Of a stretch of DNA of 64,000 nt, positions 49,313 through 58,420 are shown in pieces. This stretch comes from an uncultured Actinomycetes bacterium (lineage in GTDB: Bacteria > Actinomycetota > UBA4738 > HRBIN12), in the NCBI GenBank assembly GCA_963826185.1, contig CAWGVY010000003.1, positions 69,905-133,904 of the forward strand, in the 5' to 3' direction. Made by a program: the position numbers and the translations under genes. The notes under the pieces are model-generated. The model had not been told where the DNA came from and did not search any database. It saw nothing but the letters and a program-made list of their open reading frames with translations. How positions within the stretch are numbered: position 1 is the first letter of the stretch; the number at the start of each line of letters is the position of its first letter.

Positions 49313-50869
49313 TTGAGAGGGATCTTCGTGAGATGCAGGCCGTCCGTCATCGTGTGCCTGAGCGGGCTGACCGGGGTGGCCACCACCGCGGCCGTGCCGG
49401 GTTCACCGCTCCTGCCCCCGCTGCCTCCAGGTTCAGCGCCGTGGGGACCGTTCCGCGCGCTCGCCGATCTGATCGGACTCGGCGCCGCCTCGTCCGAGAC
49501 GCTGTTGATCGTGGCGTCCCTCGCCGTGGTCACGGCGGTGATCGGGTTCCTGTGGGTCCTTCGGGATGCGTGGGCGGGCGAGATCTCCGTGCGGACGATC
49601 CTTGCGCTGGCGGTCATCGCTCACATCGCGGTCCTCGCTCTGCCGCTCCTGTACTCCCGCGACGTGTACGCCTACGCGATGTACGGACGGATCGCCTCGC
49701 TCCATCACGGTAACCCCTACGTCCTCCGGCCCATCGACGTCTCCTCCGATCCGCTCTTCACGCTGATGGGCTCGGACTGGGCGCGCTCGACCTCGGTGTA
49801 CGGTCCCGCTTTCTCGGCGCTGTCGTGGGGTGTGACGAGGGGCGTGCGGTCGGTCGACGCGATCGTGTGGACCTACCGGCTCATCGCCGTCGCGGCGAGC
49901 CTGGCTACCGTCGTCATCGTGGCCGTGACCTCGTCGCGTCTGCGACCGGAACGCGCGGCCTTCGCCGTGGCGGCGGTGGGGCTGAACCCAGCCGTGCTGT
50001 TCCTGGTGGTAGGCGGCGGGCACAACGACGCGCTCGTTGGACTGGCGATCGCGGGGGCGTTCGCGCTCGTGGTGGCCAAGCGATGGTTGTGGGCGGTGGC
50101 GTTGCTCACGCTCGGCACGATGGTCAAGGCGCCCGCCGTGGTGCCGCTCGTGATGCTGGTGAGTGCCGACCTCGCCGCGCGGCCTCGGATGCAACGCCGG
50201 GGACGTGCCGCCGCGATCGCGGGAGTGATGGGTGGCATCGTGTTGACGACGGCGATGCCGTTCCTGCAGGCGAGCGACCCAACCCTCGGACAGGCCCAGC
50301 TCGTGGATCACGAAGGATGGCTGGCGCCGGGACGCTGGGTCCGGGTGGTCGCCGAGACCCTGGGGACCAGGATCGCGCCAAGCGTCGGCAGTGTGATGAG
50401 CCTCGGGGCAAGGCTCGCCTTCGCTCTCGCGCTGATCGCCGCCGTCGCTCTGATCGCCCGAGCCACCGCCAGGCGCGCAGCCATGGGCACGCTCCCCCCG
50501 GTGGCGATGGGATCGGCGTGGGCATGGGGCCTGAGCGTGTTCCTGGTGATGGTGCCGGTGTTCGTCCCGTGGTACGTCGCTTGGGTACTTCCGCTGGCAT
50601 GGCTCCTGCCGCGCGCACCGCGTCGGTTCCTCATCGCGGTGTCGATGCTGCAGACGCTGTCGCTGATCGCAGCCGATGGGGAGTTGTTCCCCGTGGTCCA
50701 TCAGGACCAGGCGATGATCGCCTACTACGTCCTGGCACCGTTGGTCCTGCTCCTGGCCGTCGTCCCGGCACGCGATCTGATCCGTCGGTTGCGCCGTGGG
50801 AGCCCGCTGGAGGCTGCCTCTCGGCCAGGGGTCGAGGTCTTGGGTCAACGGGTAGCCTTGCCTTCGTGA
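49313..50869 (+). CDS. polytopic GT-C-type membrane glycosyltransferase-like protein (MptB/DUF2029-like)
   Basis: More than 10 predicted TM segments. Motifs SRDVYAYAMYGR...GNPY and GGGHNDAL are reminiscent of polyprenol-phosphate-sugar-dependent mannosyltransferases. The start is a TTG and is uncertain. Confidence 0.5.
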   Translation: MRGIFVRCRPSVIVCLSGLTGVATTAAVPGSPLLPPLPPGSAPWGPFRALADLIGLGAASSETLLIVASLAVVTAVIGFLWVLRDAWAGEISVRTILALAVIAHIAVLALPLLYSRDVYAYAMYGRIASLHHGNPYVLRPIDVSSDPLFTLMGSDWARSTSVYGPAFSALSWGVTRGVRSVDAIVWTYRLIAVAASLATVVIVAVTSSRLRPERAAFAVAAVGLNPAVLFLVVGGGHNDALVGLAIAGAFALVVAKRWLWAVALLTLGTMVKAPAVVPLVMLVSADLAARPRMQRRGRAAAIAGVMGGIVLTTAMPFLQASDPTLGQAQLVDHEGWLAPGRWVRVVAETLGTRIAPSVGSVMSLGARLAFALALIAAVALIARATARRAAMGTLPPVAMGSAWAWGLSVFLVMVPVFVPWYVAWVLPLAWLLPRAPRRFLIAVSMLQTLSLIAADGELFPVVHQDQAMIAYYVLAPLVLLLAVVPARDLIRRLRRGSPLEAASRPGVEVLGQRVALPS

Positions 50870-52398
50870 CGATCGAAGTTGGGGGCGAGCTCTCGCTCGA
50901 AGACGTGGTGGCCGTCGCGAACGGCGCCCCCGTGTCGTTCCCCGACGCAGCCCGCGCCCGTGTCGTCGCCGCCCGCGAGGTGATCGAACGAGCCGTGGCG
51001 TCGGGCGAGACGATCTACGGGGTGACCACCGGTTTCGGATCCCTGGCCGATGTGCGAATCGACCCGTCGCAGGCGGCCGAGCTCCAGCTCGGGATCGTGC
51101 GCTCCCACGCCACGGCGGTGGGTCGCCCGCTCGCGCGGGAGGAGGCGCGGGCCATGCTGCTGCTTCGCGCGCACGTGCTGGCGCTCGGACACTCGGGGGT
51201 CCGTCCCGAGCTCGTCGATCGGATGACGGAGATGCTGAACCGCGATCTCATCCCGGCCGTCCCCCAGCAGGGCTCCTTGGGTGCCTCGGGAGACCTGGCG
51301 CCGCTCGCCAACCTCGCCTTGCCGCTGATCGGTCATGGTGAGTTGCTGTCCCCGGAGGGCGGGGTCGAGCCCGCCGCCCCGGTGATGGCCCGCGCGGGCT
51401 TGGAGCCACTGCAGCTCGTGGCGAAGGAGGGCCTGGCCCTGGTGAACGGCACGCAGGGGATGTTGGCCGTCGGCATCCTCGCTGTGGATCGGGTCGGTCG
51501 GCTCGCGCGCACCGCGGACGTCGTGGCTGCGATGACGATCGAGGCCGCGTTCGGGACCGACGCTCCTTTCGACGAGCGGCTCCAGCGTCTGCGGCCCCAC
51601 CCCGGTCAGGCGGCCAGCGCATCGAACCTTCGCCGGCTGTTGGCGGATTCGCCGATCCGAGAATCGCACCGCGAGAGCCACCACCTGGTGCAAGACGCGT
51701 ATTCGCTGCGATGCGCGCCGCAGGTGCACGGCGCCACGCGCGACGTCGTGGACTTCGCGCGCGGCGTCTTGCGGATCGAGGCCGGGAGCGTGTCGGACAA
51801 CCCGATCGTCCTGGTCGAGGGCGAGGGCGAGGTGAAGAGCGGGGGGAACTTCCACGGGATGCCCGTGGCGATTGCGATGGACGCTGTGGCCGCATCCACC
51901 GTGTCGCTCGCCTCGATCAGTGAGCGCCGCCTCTACCGGCTCCTGGATCCCAAGAAGTCGAACGGCCTGCCGCCGTTCCTCGTGCACGGGAGCGGCTTGA
52001 ACAGCGGGTTCATGCTCGTGCAGTACACCGCGGCCTCCCTCGTGAGCGAGGCGAAGTCGCTTGCCCACCCAGCCTCGGTGGATTCGATCCCCTCCAGCGC
52101 CGGTCAGGAGGACCACGTGAGCATGGGGATGACCGCCGCACGCCACGCCCGAGACATCGTGACCGACGCGGAGACCGTCGTGGCGCTCGAGGCGTTGGCT
52201 GCCGCGCAGGCGCTGGATCTGCGTGCGCCGCTCGAGCCAGGCCCGGCCACACGAGCCGTCCACGATGTGATCCGCCAGTCCGTGCCGTTCTTCGAGGCGG
52301 ATCGGGAGTTCGGCCCCGATATCGCCGATGCCGTGGCGTTGCTCCGGGACGGAGACCTCCTGGAGGCTGCGGCGACCGTGACAGGCCCCCTCGACTAG
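50866..52398 (+). CDS. hutH: histidine ammonia-lyase
   Basis: The in-frame GTG at 50866 overlaps the upstream stop. Motifs YGVTTGFG and GSLGASGDLAPLA (MIO-forming triad). Confidence 0.9.
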   Translation: MTIEVGGELSLEDVVAVANGAPVSFPDAARARVVAAREVIERAVASGETIYGVTTGFGSLADVRIDPSQAAELQLGIVRSHATAVGRPLAREEARAMLLLRAHVLALGHSGVRPELVDRMTEMLNRDLIPAVPQQGSLGASGDLAPLANLALPLIGHGELLSPEGGVEPAAPVMARAGLEPLQLVAKEGLALVNGTQGMLAVGILAVDRVGRLARTADVVAAMTIEAAFGTDAPFDERLQRLRPHPGQAASASNLRRLLADSPIRESHRESHHLVQDAYSLRCAPQVHGATRDVVDFARGVLRIEAGSVSDNPIVLVEGEGEVKSGGNFHGMPVAIAMDAVAASTVSLASISERRLYRLLDPKKSNGLPPFLVHGSGLNSGFMLVQYTAASLVSEAKSLAHPASVDSIPSSAGQEDHVSMGMTAARHARDIVTDAETVVALEALAAAQALDLRAPLEPGPATRAVHDVIRQSVPFFEADREFGPDIADAVALLRDGDLLEAAATVTGPLD

Positions 52399-53633
52399 GT
52401 CGAGATCCGTGCCCAGGCGAACTGCCCGCCGATGAAGGCGGCGCTCACCGGGTCGTGTCCGGGCCGGTAGGGCACCTGGGCGAACCCCGGCTCCTCCAGC
52501 AGCAGGAAGTCCGCCCGTTTGCCCGGCTCGAGGGTGCCCAAGCGGTCGTGGAGTCCCAGGACCCATGCCGGGTTCGCGGTCGCGGCGGTGAGCGCCACCA
52601 GCGGTTCGAGGCCGTAGAGGGTGCACCCCATGGCGATGACCTCGGGCATCGAGCAGGTGGGCGAGGTGCCCGGGTTGAAATCGGAGGCGAGGGCGAGCGC
52701 AGCTCCGGCCGCCTGCAGGGCCTGCGCGGGTGGAGCGCCCGCCCGCAGGAAGAACGTGGATGCCGGCAGCAGGACCGCGGCGCAGTCGGCCGCACCCAGC
52801 GCCTCCACCCCCGCCTCATCGGTGTGGTTGAGGTGGTCGACGCTGCGGGCCCCCAGCACCACCGCCGCTTCGGCCGTACCGCCGGCCCCCAGTTGGTCGG
52901 CGTGGACGCGCAACGGCAGCTCGGCCGTCCCCGCCGCCCCGGCCACCTCGGCGAGATCGTCCAGCGAGAAGGCGATGTCCTCGACATAGATGTCCACGGC
53001 GTCGATCAGGTCCTCTGCGGCGGCGGCCGGGATGAGCTCTTGGCAGGCGACACGGACCCAGTCGGACCGCCCCACCCCCTCCGGGACGGCGTGGCACGCC
53101 AGCAGGGTCACGGTGCAGGTCTGCGCCGCGACCTCGTCGGCCAACCGCCTCGCGATCCGCGCCTGACGGAGCTCGGCCTCCAGCGACAGGCCGTAGCCGG
53201 TCTTCAGCTCCATCGTCGTCGTCCCCTGCGCGACCATCTCCGACACGAGTGGGGCGCAGAACCCCAGGACATCGTCGTCGGAGGCTTCGTTCAGCATCCG
53301 GCTGGATCGGAAGATCCCGCCGGCCCCGCCGTGCAGTTCTCGGTACGACACCCCCTGGAGGCGAGCCTCGAACTCATCGGCTCGCCAGCCCATGAAGGGC
53401 AGGTGCACGTGGCAGTCCACGAACCCAGGGACCAGGCACCCCCGGGTGGGCGATCCGAGGATCGGCTCCCACGGGAGGCCGTCAGCGGACCCGGCGTACA
53501 CGATCGTGCCCGTCTCATCCCAGGCGAGCCCGGCCGGGGAGATGACGGTAGCCGGCAGAGCGGGTCCGCGCGCGGGCATCGGCCCGACGGCCGTCGCCAT
53601 GGCGGCGGCAACCGCGGCCCCACCGACACTCAC
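52395..53633 (-). CDS. hutI: imidazolonepropionase
   Basis: Motifs GFVDCHVHLPF and VHADQLG. I chose GTG 53633 because GGAGGGAGG lies directly upstream. Confidence 0.85.
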   Translation of the reverse strand: MSVGGAAVAAAMATAVGPMPARGPALPATVISPAGLAWDETGTIVYAGSADGLPWEPILGSPTRGCLVPGFVDCHVHLPFMGWRADEFEARLQGVSYRELHGGAGGIFRSSRMLNEASDDDVLGFCAPLVSEMVAQGTTTMELKTGYGLSLEAELRQARIARRLADEVAAQTCTVTLLACHAVPEGVGRSDWVRVACQELIPAAAAEDLIDAVDIYVEDIAFSLDDLAEVAGAAGTAELPLRVHADQLGAGGTAEAAVVLGARSVDHLNHTDEAGVEALGAADCAAVLLPASTFFLRAGAPPAQALQAAGAALALASDFNPGTSPTCSMPEVIAMGCTLYGLEPLVALTAATANPAWVLGLHDRLGTLEPGKRADFLLLEEPGFAQVPYRPGHDPVSAAFIGGQFAWARIST

Positions 53634-53737
53634 GTTCCTCCCTCCGGCATCGCGATGGTGCTCCGCGCCCGCGCCATGCCCGCAGCCTAGCCGCATCGGT
53701 CCGGGGCCGGCGGTATCCGCGGCCTAGACTCGTTCCT

Positions 53738-54187
53738 GTGAAGGTCGATCGCTCGATCGTGCTCCCCGTCGCGCCCGATGAGGCCTGGGCGGTGCTGACG
53801 GACTGGGAGCGACAGGCTGACTGGATGCGCGATGCGGATCGCGTCGAGGTGGTCTCTTCCCACCGGGACGGACCGGGGGTGATGCTCGCCGTGAGGACCC
53901 GGGTCCTCAACGTGCCGATCTTCACCGAACGACTCGAGGTGACCGAGTGGTGGCCACCCGAGCGGATGCTGATGGCGCATCGCGGTTTCGTCCGGGGAAC
54001 GGGTGAGTGGCAGCTGGAACCGGTCGACGGGGGAACGCGGTTCGCCTGGAGCGAGGATCTCTCGCTCCCGCTCGGCCCTTTGGGACGGCTGGCACTCGCG
54101 GCGTACCGGCCGGTGATGCGTTTGTTGATGGATGCCGCCATGCATGACTTGCGGAGGTTCATGATCGCCCTTGGACCGGCGCACTGA
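53738..54187 (+). CDS. SRPBCC (START/polyketide-cyclase-like) family protein
   Basis: 149 aa. Sequence pattern (VLPVAPDEAWAVLTDWERQADWM) is typical of the family. Confidence 0.6.
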   Translation: MKVDRSIVLPVAPDEAWAVLTDWERQADWMRDADRVEVVSSHRDGPGVMLAVRTRVLNVPIFTERLEVTEWWPPERMLMAHRGFVRGTGEWQLEPVDGGTRFAWSEDLSLPLGPLGRLALAAYRPVMRLLMDAAMHDLRRFMIALGPAH

Positions 54188-54214
54188 TCGGCTCGTTGTC
54201 AGGCCGTGGGGTCG

Positions 54215-54340
54215 GACCTAGAGTGCGCGCAGCGGGGGAGCCCAAGGAACGGGCTGAGAGGCCGGACAGCGCCGCATCGCGGCACGTGAGATCACCGGCG
54301 ACCCTTCGAACCTGATCCGGCTCGTACCGGCGGAGGGAGC
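54215..54340 (+). promoter_or_regulatory. TPP (THI-box) riboswitch
   Basis: Conserved core elements GGGGAGCC...GGGCUGAGAG...ACCCUUCGAACCUGAUCCGGCUCGUACCGGCGGAGGGAGC. The 3' GGAGGGAG also serves as the RBS, ending 2 nt before ATG 54341. Confidence 0.85.
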
Positions 54341-55744
54341 ATGGCGAACCCCACCGAACGTCTCGAGGACACCGCCGGTCGTGAGACCCCGCACTGGGGG
54401 ATCCGGCCCGTCCCCGCCCGGCTGCGCCGATTGTCCGGACTCGACCTCGCCGTGTTGTGGGGGGACCTGTCCATCGGCCTGCTCGTCCTGGTCTCCGGCA
54501 CGCTGCTCGTGCCGGCGCTGGGGCTGCCCCGGGCCGTGGCGGCGATCGTCGTGGGGAGCGTGATCGGCTGTCTACCTCTGGGCTTCGTTGGTCTCGCGGG
54601 CGCCCGTGACGCGGTGCCCGCCATGGTGTTGTTCCGCCCCGTCCTCGGCCTCCGAGGGTCCTACCTGCCGTCGGTACTGAACCTCATCCAACTGGTGGGC
54701 TGGACCGCGTTCGAGCTGTGGGCCATGGGCCGGGTGGCCAACGCCGTGTCCCGAAGCCTCTTCGGCTTCGACGCAGGGCTCGTCTGGCTGGTGGTGGTCA
54801 CCCTCATCTGCGTCGGGCTGGCCCTCGCTGGGCCGATCTTCACCGTGCGCCGCTGGCTGGAGCGTTTCGGGGCATGGGTCGTGGCCGGCGTCGCCCTGTG
54901 GATCTCGGTGCGGGTGGTGATCGTCGGGGATCTGGGGGCCCTCTGGGGCCGTCCCGGGACGGGAGGCCTTCCCTTCTGGCTCGCCGTCGACCTGGTGATC
55001 GCTATGCCGATCTCGTGGCTGCCGCTGGTGGCGGACTTCAACCGGTTCGCGCGAGAGGGTGCCGGAGCGTTCGGCGCGACGTTCTGGTCCTACGCCGGCG
55101 GTAACGTGTGGTTCTACACGCTCGGAGCGCTCCTGGCTCTCGCCGCGGGAGCGGGCTCCGATGTGCTGGACATCGGCACGACCGTCGCGGCGACGGCCGG
55201 CGGAGCGGTGGTCTTGCTGGCGCTTCTCGTGGGGGAGAGCGACCAGGCCATGGCGAACATCTACTCGGGGGCGGTGTCGGTGCAGAACGTGCGCCCAGGG
55301 GTGGGTCAACGTCCGTTGATCGTCGGCATCGGCCTCGTGGGCTTCGTGATCGCCGTGGTCCTGCAGGACGACGCCGTCGTGACCTTCCAGGGGTTCCTGT
55401 TCCTGATCGGGGCCGTGTTCGTGCCCTTGTTCGCCGTGTTCCTGGTGGATTGGGGCGTTCGCCATCGAGGTCGCTACGGCGAGGCCCGCTTGTTCGAAGC
55501 GGTGACGCCGGGCATCCGTTGGCGGGCCCTGGTCCCGTGGTTCGCCGGGTTCGTCGTCTACCAGTGGTGCGTGCCGACCGGCCCGGCGTGGTGGACCCAG
55601 GCGGTGGCTCACGGGTTCGGATCCGCCGGGCTTCCGTTCCCGCTGATCCACGGGTCCCCGATAGGCGCGAGCCTCCCCGCCTTCGCTCTGGCGGCGGCCG
55701 TCGCGATGATCGTCCTGCCGCGCGGGGCCTCCTCGCAGGGCTAG
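54341..55744 (+). CDS. cytX: NCS1-family permease, CytX-like putative hydroxymethylpyrimidine/thiamine-precursor transporter
   Basis: 467-aa protein with about 12 TM segments and the N-terminal pattern HWGIRPVP...LDLAVLWGDLSIGLL. It lies immediately downstream of the TPP riboswitch. Confidence 0.7.
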   Translation: MANPTERLEDTAGRETPHWGIRPVPARLRRLSGLDLAVLWGDLSIGLLVLVSGTLLVPALGLPRAVAAIVVGSVIGCLPLGFVGLAGARDAVPAMVLFRPVLGLRGSYLPSVLNLIQLVGWTAFELWAMGRVANAVSRSLFGFDAGLVWLVVVTLICVGLALAGPIFTVRRWLERFGAWVVAGVALWISVRVVIVGDLGALWGRPGTGGLPFWLAVDLVIAMPISWLPLVADFNRFAREGAGAFGATFWSYAGGNVWFYTLGALLALAAGAGSDVLDIGTTVAATAGGAVVLLALLVGESDQAMANIYSGAVSVQNVRPGVGQRPLIVGIGLVGFVIAVVLQDDAVVTFQGFLFLIGAVFVPLFAVFLVDWGVRHRGRYGEARLFEAVTPGIRWRALVPWFAGFVVYQWCVPTGPAWWTQAVAHGFGSAGLPFPLIHGSPIGASLPAFALAAAVAMIVLPRGASSQG

Positions 55745-56070
55745 ACGACGGGGGCGGGCGGGGGCGCGAGGATCATCAAGATGACGGAAGGCTCGTCGGA
55801 CGCGTTGCGGATCGTGAGTTCGGTGCCGCTCTCGACCAGGACCGACTCCCATTGACCCATCCGAGCTCGGCTCTTGCCGATCTGTGCCGCCACCTCGCCG
55901 GCCAGCACCGTCACGATCGCGTCGGCCTCGGGGTCGGTGATCGGTCCCAGGCCCTGAGCTCCCTGCAGGCAGACCACCTGCGACCACAGGTGCTCGGACT
56001 CGAACAACGTCTCGTGCCGAGCGTCGTCGTCCGCGAACCACACCAGGTCCCGGATGTCGCGGGGTTTCAT
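55741..56070 (-). CDS. cupin-domain protein
   Basis: 109-aa small beta-barrel-type sequence. The assignment is weak. Confidence 0.45.
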   Translation of the reverse strand: MKPRDIRDLVWFADDDARHETLFESEHLWSQVVCLQGAQGLGPITDPEADAIVTVLAGEVAAQIGKSRARMGQWESVLVESGTELTIRNASDEPSVILMILAPPPAPVV

Positions 56071-56106
56071 GGCGACCAGCCTATCGGGCGTCCGTCGGTG
56101 AGCGGG

Positions 56107-56130
56107 GTCGTCCGGTCGTCCGGTCGTCCG
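56107..56130. repeat. three perfect tandem copies of GTCGTCCG
   Basis: Read directly from the sequence. It lies in the divergent intergenic region between the cupin gene and pepA. Confidence 0.9.
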
Positions 56131-56180
56131 CCCACTAGACTGCCGCCGTTCCAGCTTCCGACGATCGAAGGAGCCTGCAG

Positions 56181-57662
56181 GTGACGACGTTCTCCTACGC
56201 CTCCGCGCCCGCGGACACGGTGTCGGCCTCGCTGTTGATCGTCCCCGTCTTCGAGGGACTCCGTCCCGGGCCCGGTGTCCGGGAGACGCGCCTGGGCGAT
56301 GCGTACGCCGCCGCCAAACTCACCGGATCGAGAGGACAGGACCTGCTGGTCACGAAGCGCCGAGGCGATCGGTTCGCAGCGGGCGCCGTGTTGCTGGTCG
56401 GCATGGGGAAGAAGGACGAGATCACCGTGGACTCGGTCCGGCGGGCGTTGGGACGTGTTTCCGGCCCCGCCCGCCGCTTCGGCTCGGTGGCGACGACGCT
56501 CCCTCAAGTGCTCGGCGCCCGGAAGGCGGCCGACGGGGTCACGGCCGCGGTCGAGGGCCTCACCCTCGGTGCATACCGATTCGATCGCTACAAGTCGAAG
56601 AAGAGCCCGGGTGGTCTCCGCCGGGTCACGGTGGTGGGCTCCCAACGGTGGGACGACACTGCGATGCGCTCGTCGGTGAAACGTGCCGGGATCGTGGTGG
56701 ACGCGGTGGCGTGGGCCCGCGATCTTGTGAACACGCCAGCGGGTGACATGTCCCCGGCACAGATCGCCCGCGAAGCGCAGGCGATGGCCAAGCAGGTGGG
56801 GCTCACCTGCAAGGTGTGGACGGAGGCGGCGCTGCGACAAGGGGGGTTCGGCGGCATCCTGGGTGTCGGGCAGGGCAGTGTGAACCCGCCCAGGATGATC
56901 GAGCTCAGCTACAGCGCAGCGGGCCGCCGTACGCCGATCGCGTTGACGGGAAAAGGCATCGCGTTCGACTCCGGCGGCCTGTCGATCAAGGACGCCAAGG
57001 GCATGGAGACGATGAAGGACGACATGGGTGGCGCCGCATCCATCCTGGCCACGATGAAGGCGATCGCTCAACTGCGGCCGAAGATCAATGTGATCGCGGC
57101 GATCCCCTGTAGCGAGAACATGCCCTCGGGCACGGCGCAGAAACCCGGCGACGTCATCACCCATCGGGGCGGCACCACGTCGGAGGTGCTCAACACCGAC
57201 GCCGAGGGCCGGCTCGTCCTCGCCGACGCGCTCGCCTACCTGCACGAGAAGAAGCCGCAGCTGATCATCGACACGGCCACGCTGACGGGAGCCTGCATGG
57301 TCGCGCTCGGCGATCGGATCACCGGCGCGATGGGCACCGACGCGGCGCTTGCCCAGGATCTGATCTCCGCCGGAGAGGCCACGGGCGAGCCCATCTGGGA
57401 GCTGCCCCTGTACCCCGACTATCGCCGGCTGATCGACTCCAGCGTCGCGGACATCAAGAACATCGGCGACCGCTATGGCGGTGCCATCACGGCCGCCTGG
57501 TTCCTCGCGGCGTTCGTCGGGGACACCCCGTGGGTGCATCTCGATATCGCGGGGCCGGCGTTCTCCGAGCGAGGGAACGATCTGGGTCCGAAGGGGGCCA
57601 CGGGCGTCCCCGTGCGAACGCTGGTCCGTTTCATCGAAGACCGGGCCGCCCAGGGAGCGTAG
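56181..57662 (+). CDS. pepA: leucyl aminopeptidase (M17)
   Basis: Motifs NTDAEGRLVLADAL and GKGIAFDSGG. GTG start preceded by a GAAGGAG RBS. Confidence 0.9.
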   Translation: MTTFSYASAPADTVSASLLIVPVFEGLRPGPGVRETRLGDAYAAAKLTGSRGQDLLVTKRRGDRFAAGAVLLVGMGKKDEITVDSVRRALGRVSGPARRFGSVATTLPQVLGARKAADGVTAAVEGLTLGAYRFDRYKSKKSPGGLRRVTVVGSQRWDDTAMRSSVKRAGIVVDAVAWARDLVNTPAGDMSPAQIAREAQAMAKQVGLTCKVWTEAALRQGGFGGILGVGQGSVNPPRMIELSYSAAGRRTPIALTGKGIAFDSGGLSIKDAKGMETMKDDMGGAASILATMKAIAQLRPKINVIAAIPCSENMPSGTAQKPGDVITHRGGTTSEVLNTDAEGRLVLADALAYLHEKKPQLIIDTATLTGACMVALGDRITGAMGTDAALAQDLISAGEATGEPIWELPLYPDYRRLIDSSVADIKNIGDRYGGAITAAWFLAAFVGDTPWVHLDIAGPAFSERGNDLGPKGATGVPVRTLVRFIEDRAAQGA

Positions 57663-58388
57663 GTGGCGAGCCCGGAGTCCGCGCAGGCCCGCGCAGGCGC
57701 CGTCCTCGCCGTATTCGCCCACCCCGACGACGCCGAGATCGCGGCCGGGGGCACGCTCGCGAAATGGGCGGCCGGTGGGCGCGAGGTCCATCTCCTGGTG
57801 CTCACGAACGGCGATCGTGGTTCCGCCGATCCCCATCGTGATCGTGCCGAGTTGGCGGCGACCCGGCTGGTCGAGACGCAGGCAGCGGGGGACCTCCTCG
57901 GGCTGGCGAGCGTCCGCGTCCTGGGTGTGCATGACGGCGAGCTCGAGAACGTTCCTTCGATCCGAGAGGCAGTCGTGCGCCGGATCCGCGAGGTCCGTGC
58001 GCATACGTTGTTGTCGTGCGATCCCACGTTGGTCTTCTTCGAGAACCGGTACTACAACCACAGCGATCACCGGACCGCCGGCGCGATCGCGCTGGACGCC
58101 TGCTTCCCGGGCTCGGGCAACCCGCACTTCTTCCCCGAGCACCTGGGCGAGGGCCTGCAGACCCAAGACGTCAACGACGTGTGGCTCGGTTGGACGAGCG
58201 AGCCGAACCACATCGAGGACATCACGGGCTCGTTCGGCACCAAGATCGACGCCCTCGCCCTGCACGGGAGCCAGCTGGTCGAGGGCATCCGGTTCTTTGA
58301 GTCGTTCCTCGGTGAGGAGGCCGAGACGGCCGGGAGGAAGATCGGCGTCGAGCACGCCGAGGAGTTCCGCGTCCTCGACCTCAGCTGA
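57663..58388 (+). CDS. PIG-L/LmbE-family deacetylase
   Basis: Motif AVFAHPDDAEIAAGG, with HSDH further downstream. It starts immediately after the pepA stop. Confidence 0.75.
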   Translation: MASPESAQARAGAVLAVFAHPDDAEIAAGGTLAKWAAGGREVHLLVLTNGDRGSADPHRDRAELAATRLVETQAAGDLLGLASVRVLGVHDGELENVPSIREAVVRRIREVRAHTLLSCDPTLVFFENRYYNHSDHRTAGAIALDACFPGSGNPHFFPEHLGEGLQTQDVNDVWLGWTSEPNHIEDITGSFGTKIDALALHGSQLVEGIRFFESFLGEEAETAGRKIGVEHAEEFRVLDLS

Positions 58389-58420
58389 TCCACGGAACGG
58401 GCCCTACACTGCGGGGTCGG

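Noticed and set aside
56067-58355. 762-aa ORF on the minus strand.
   Set aside because: It lies exactly antisense to the motif-supported pepA and PIG-L genes. Its composition is Arg/Gly/Asp/Pro-rich with no family signature. It is a typical high-GC shadow ORF.
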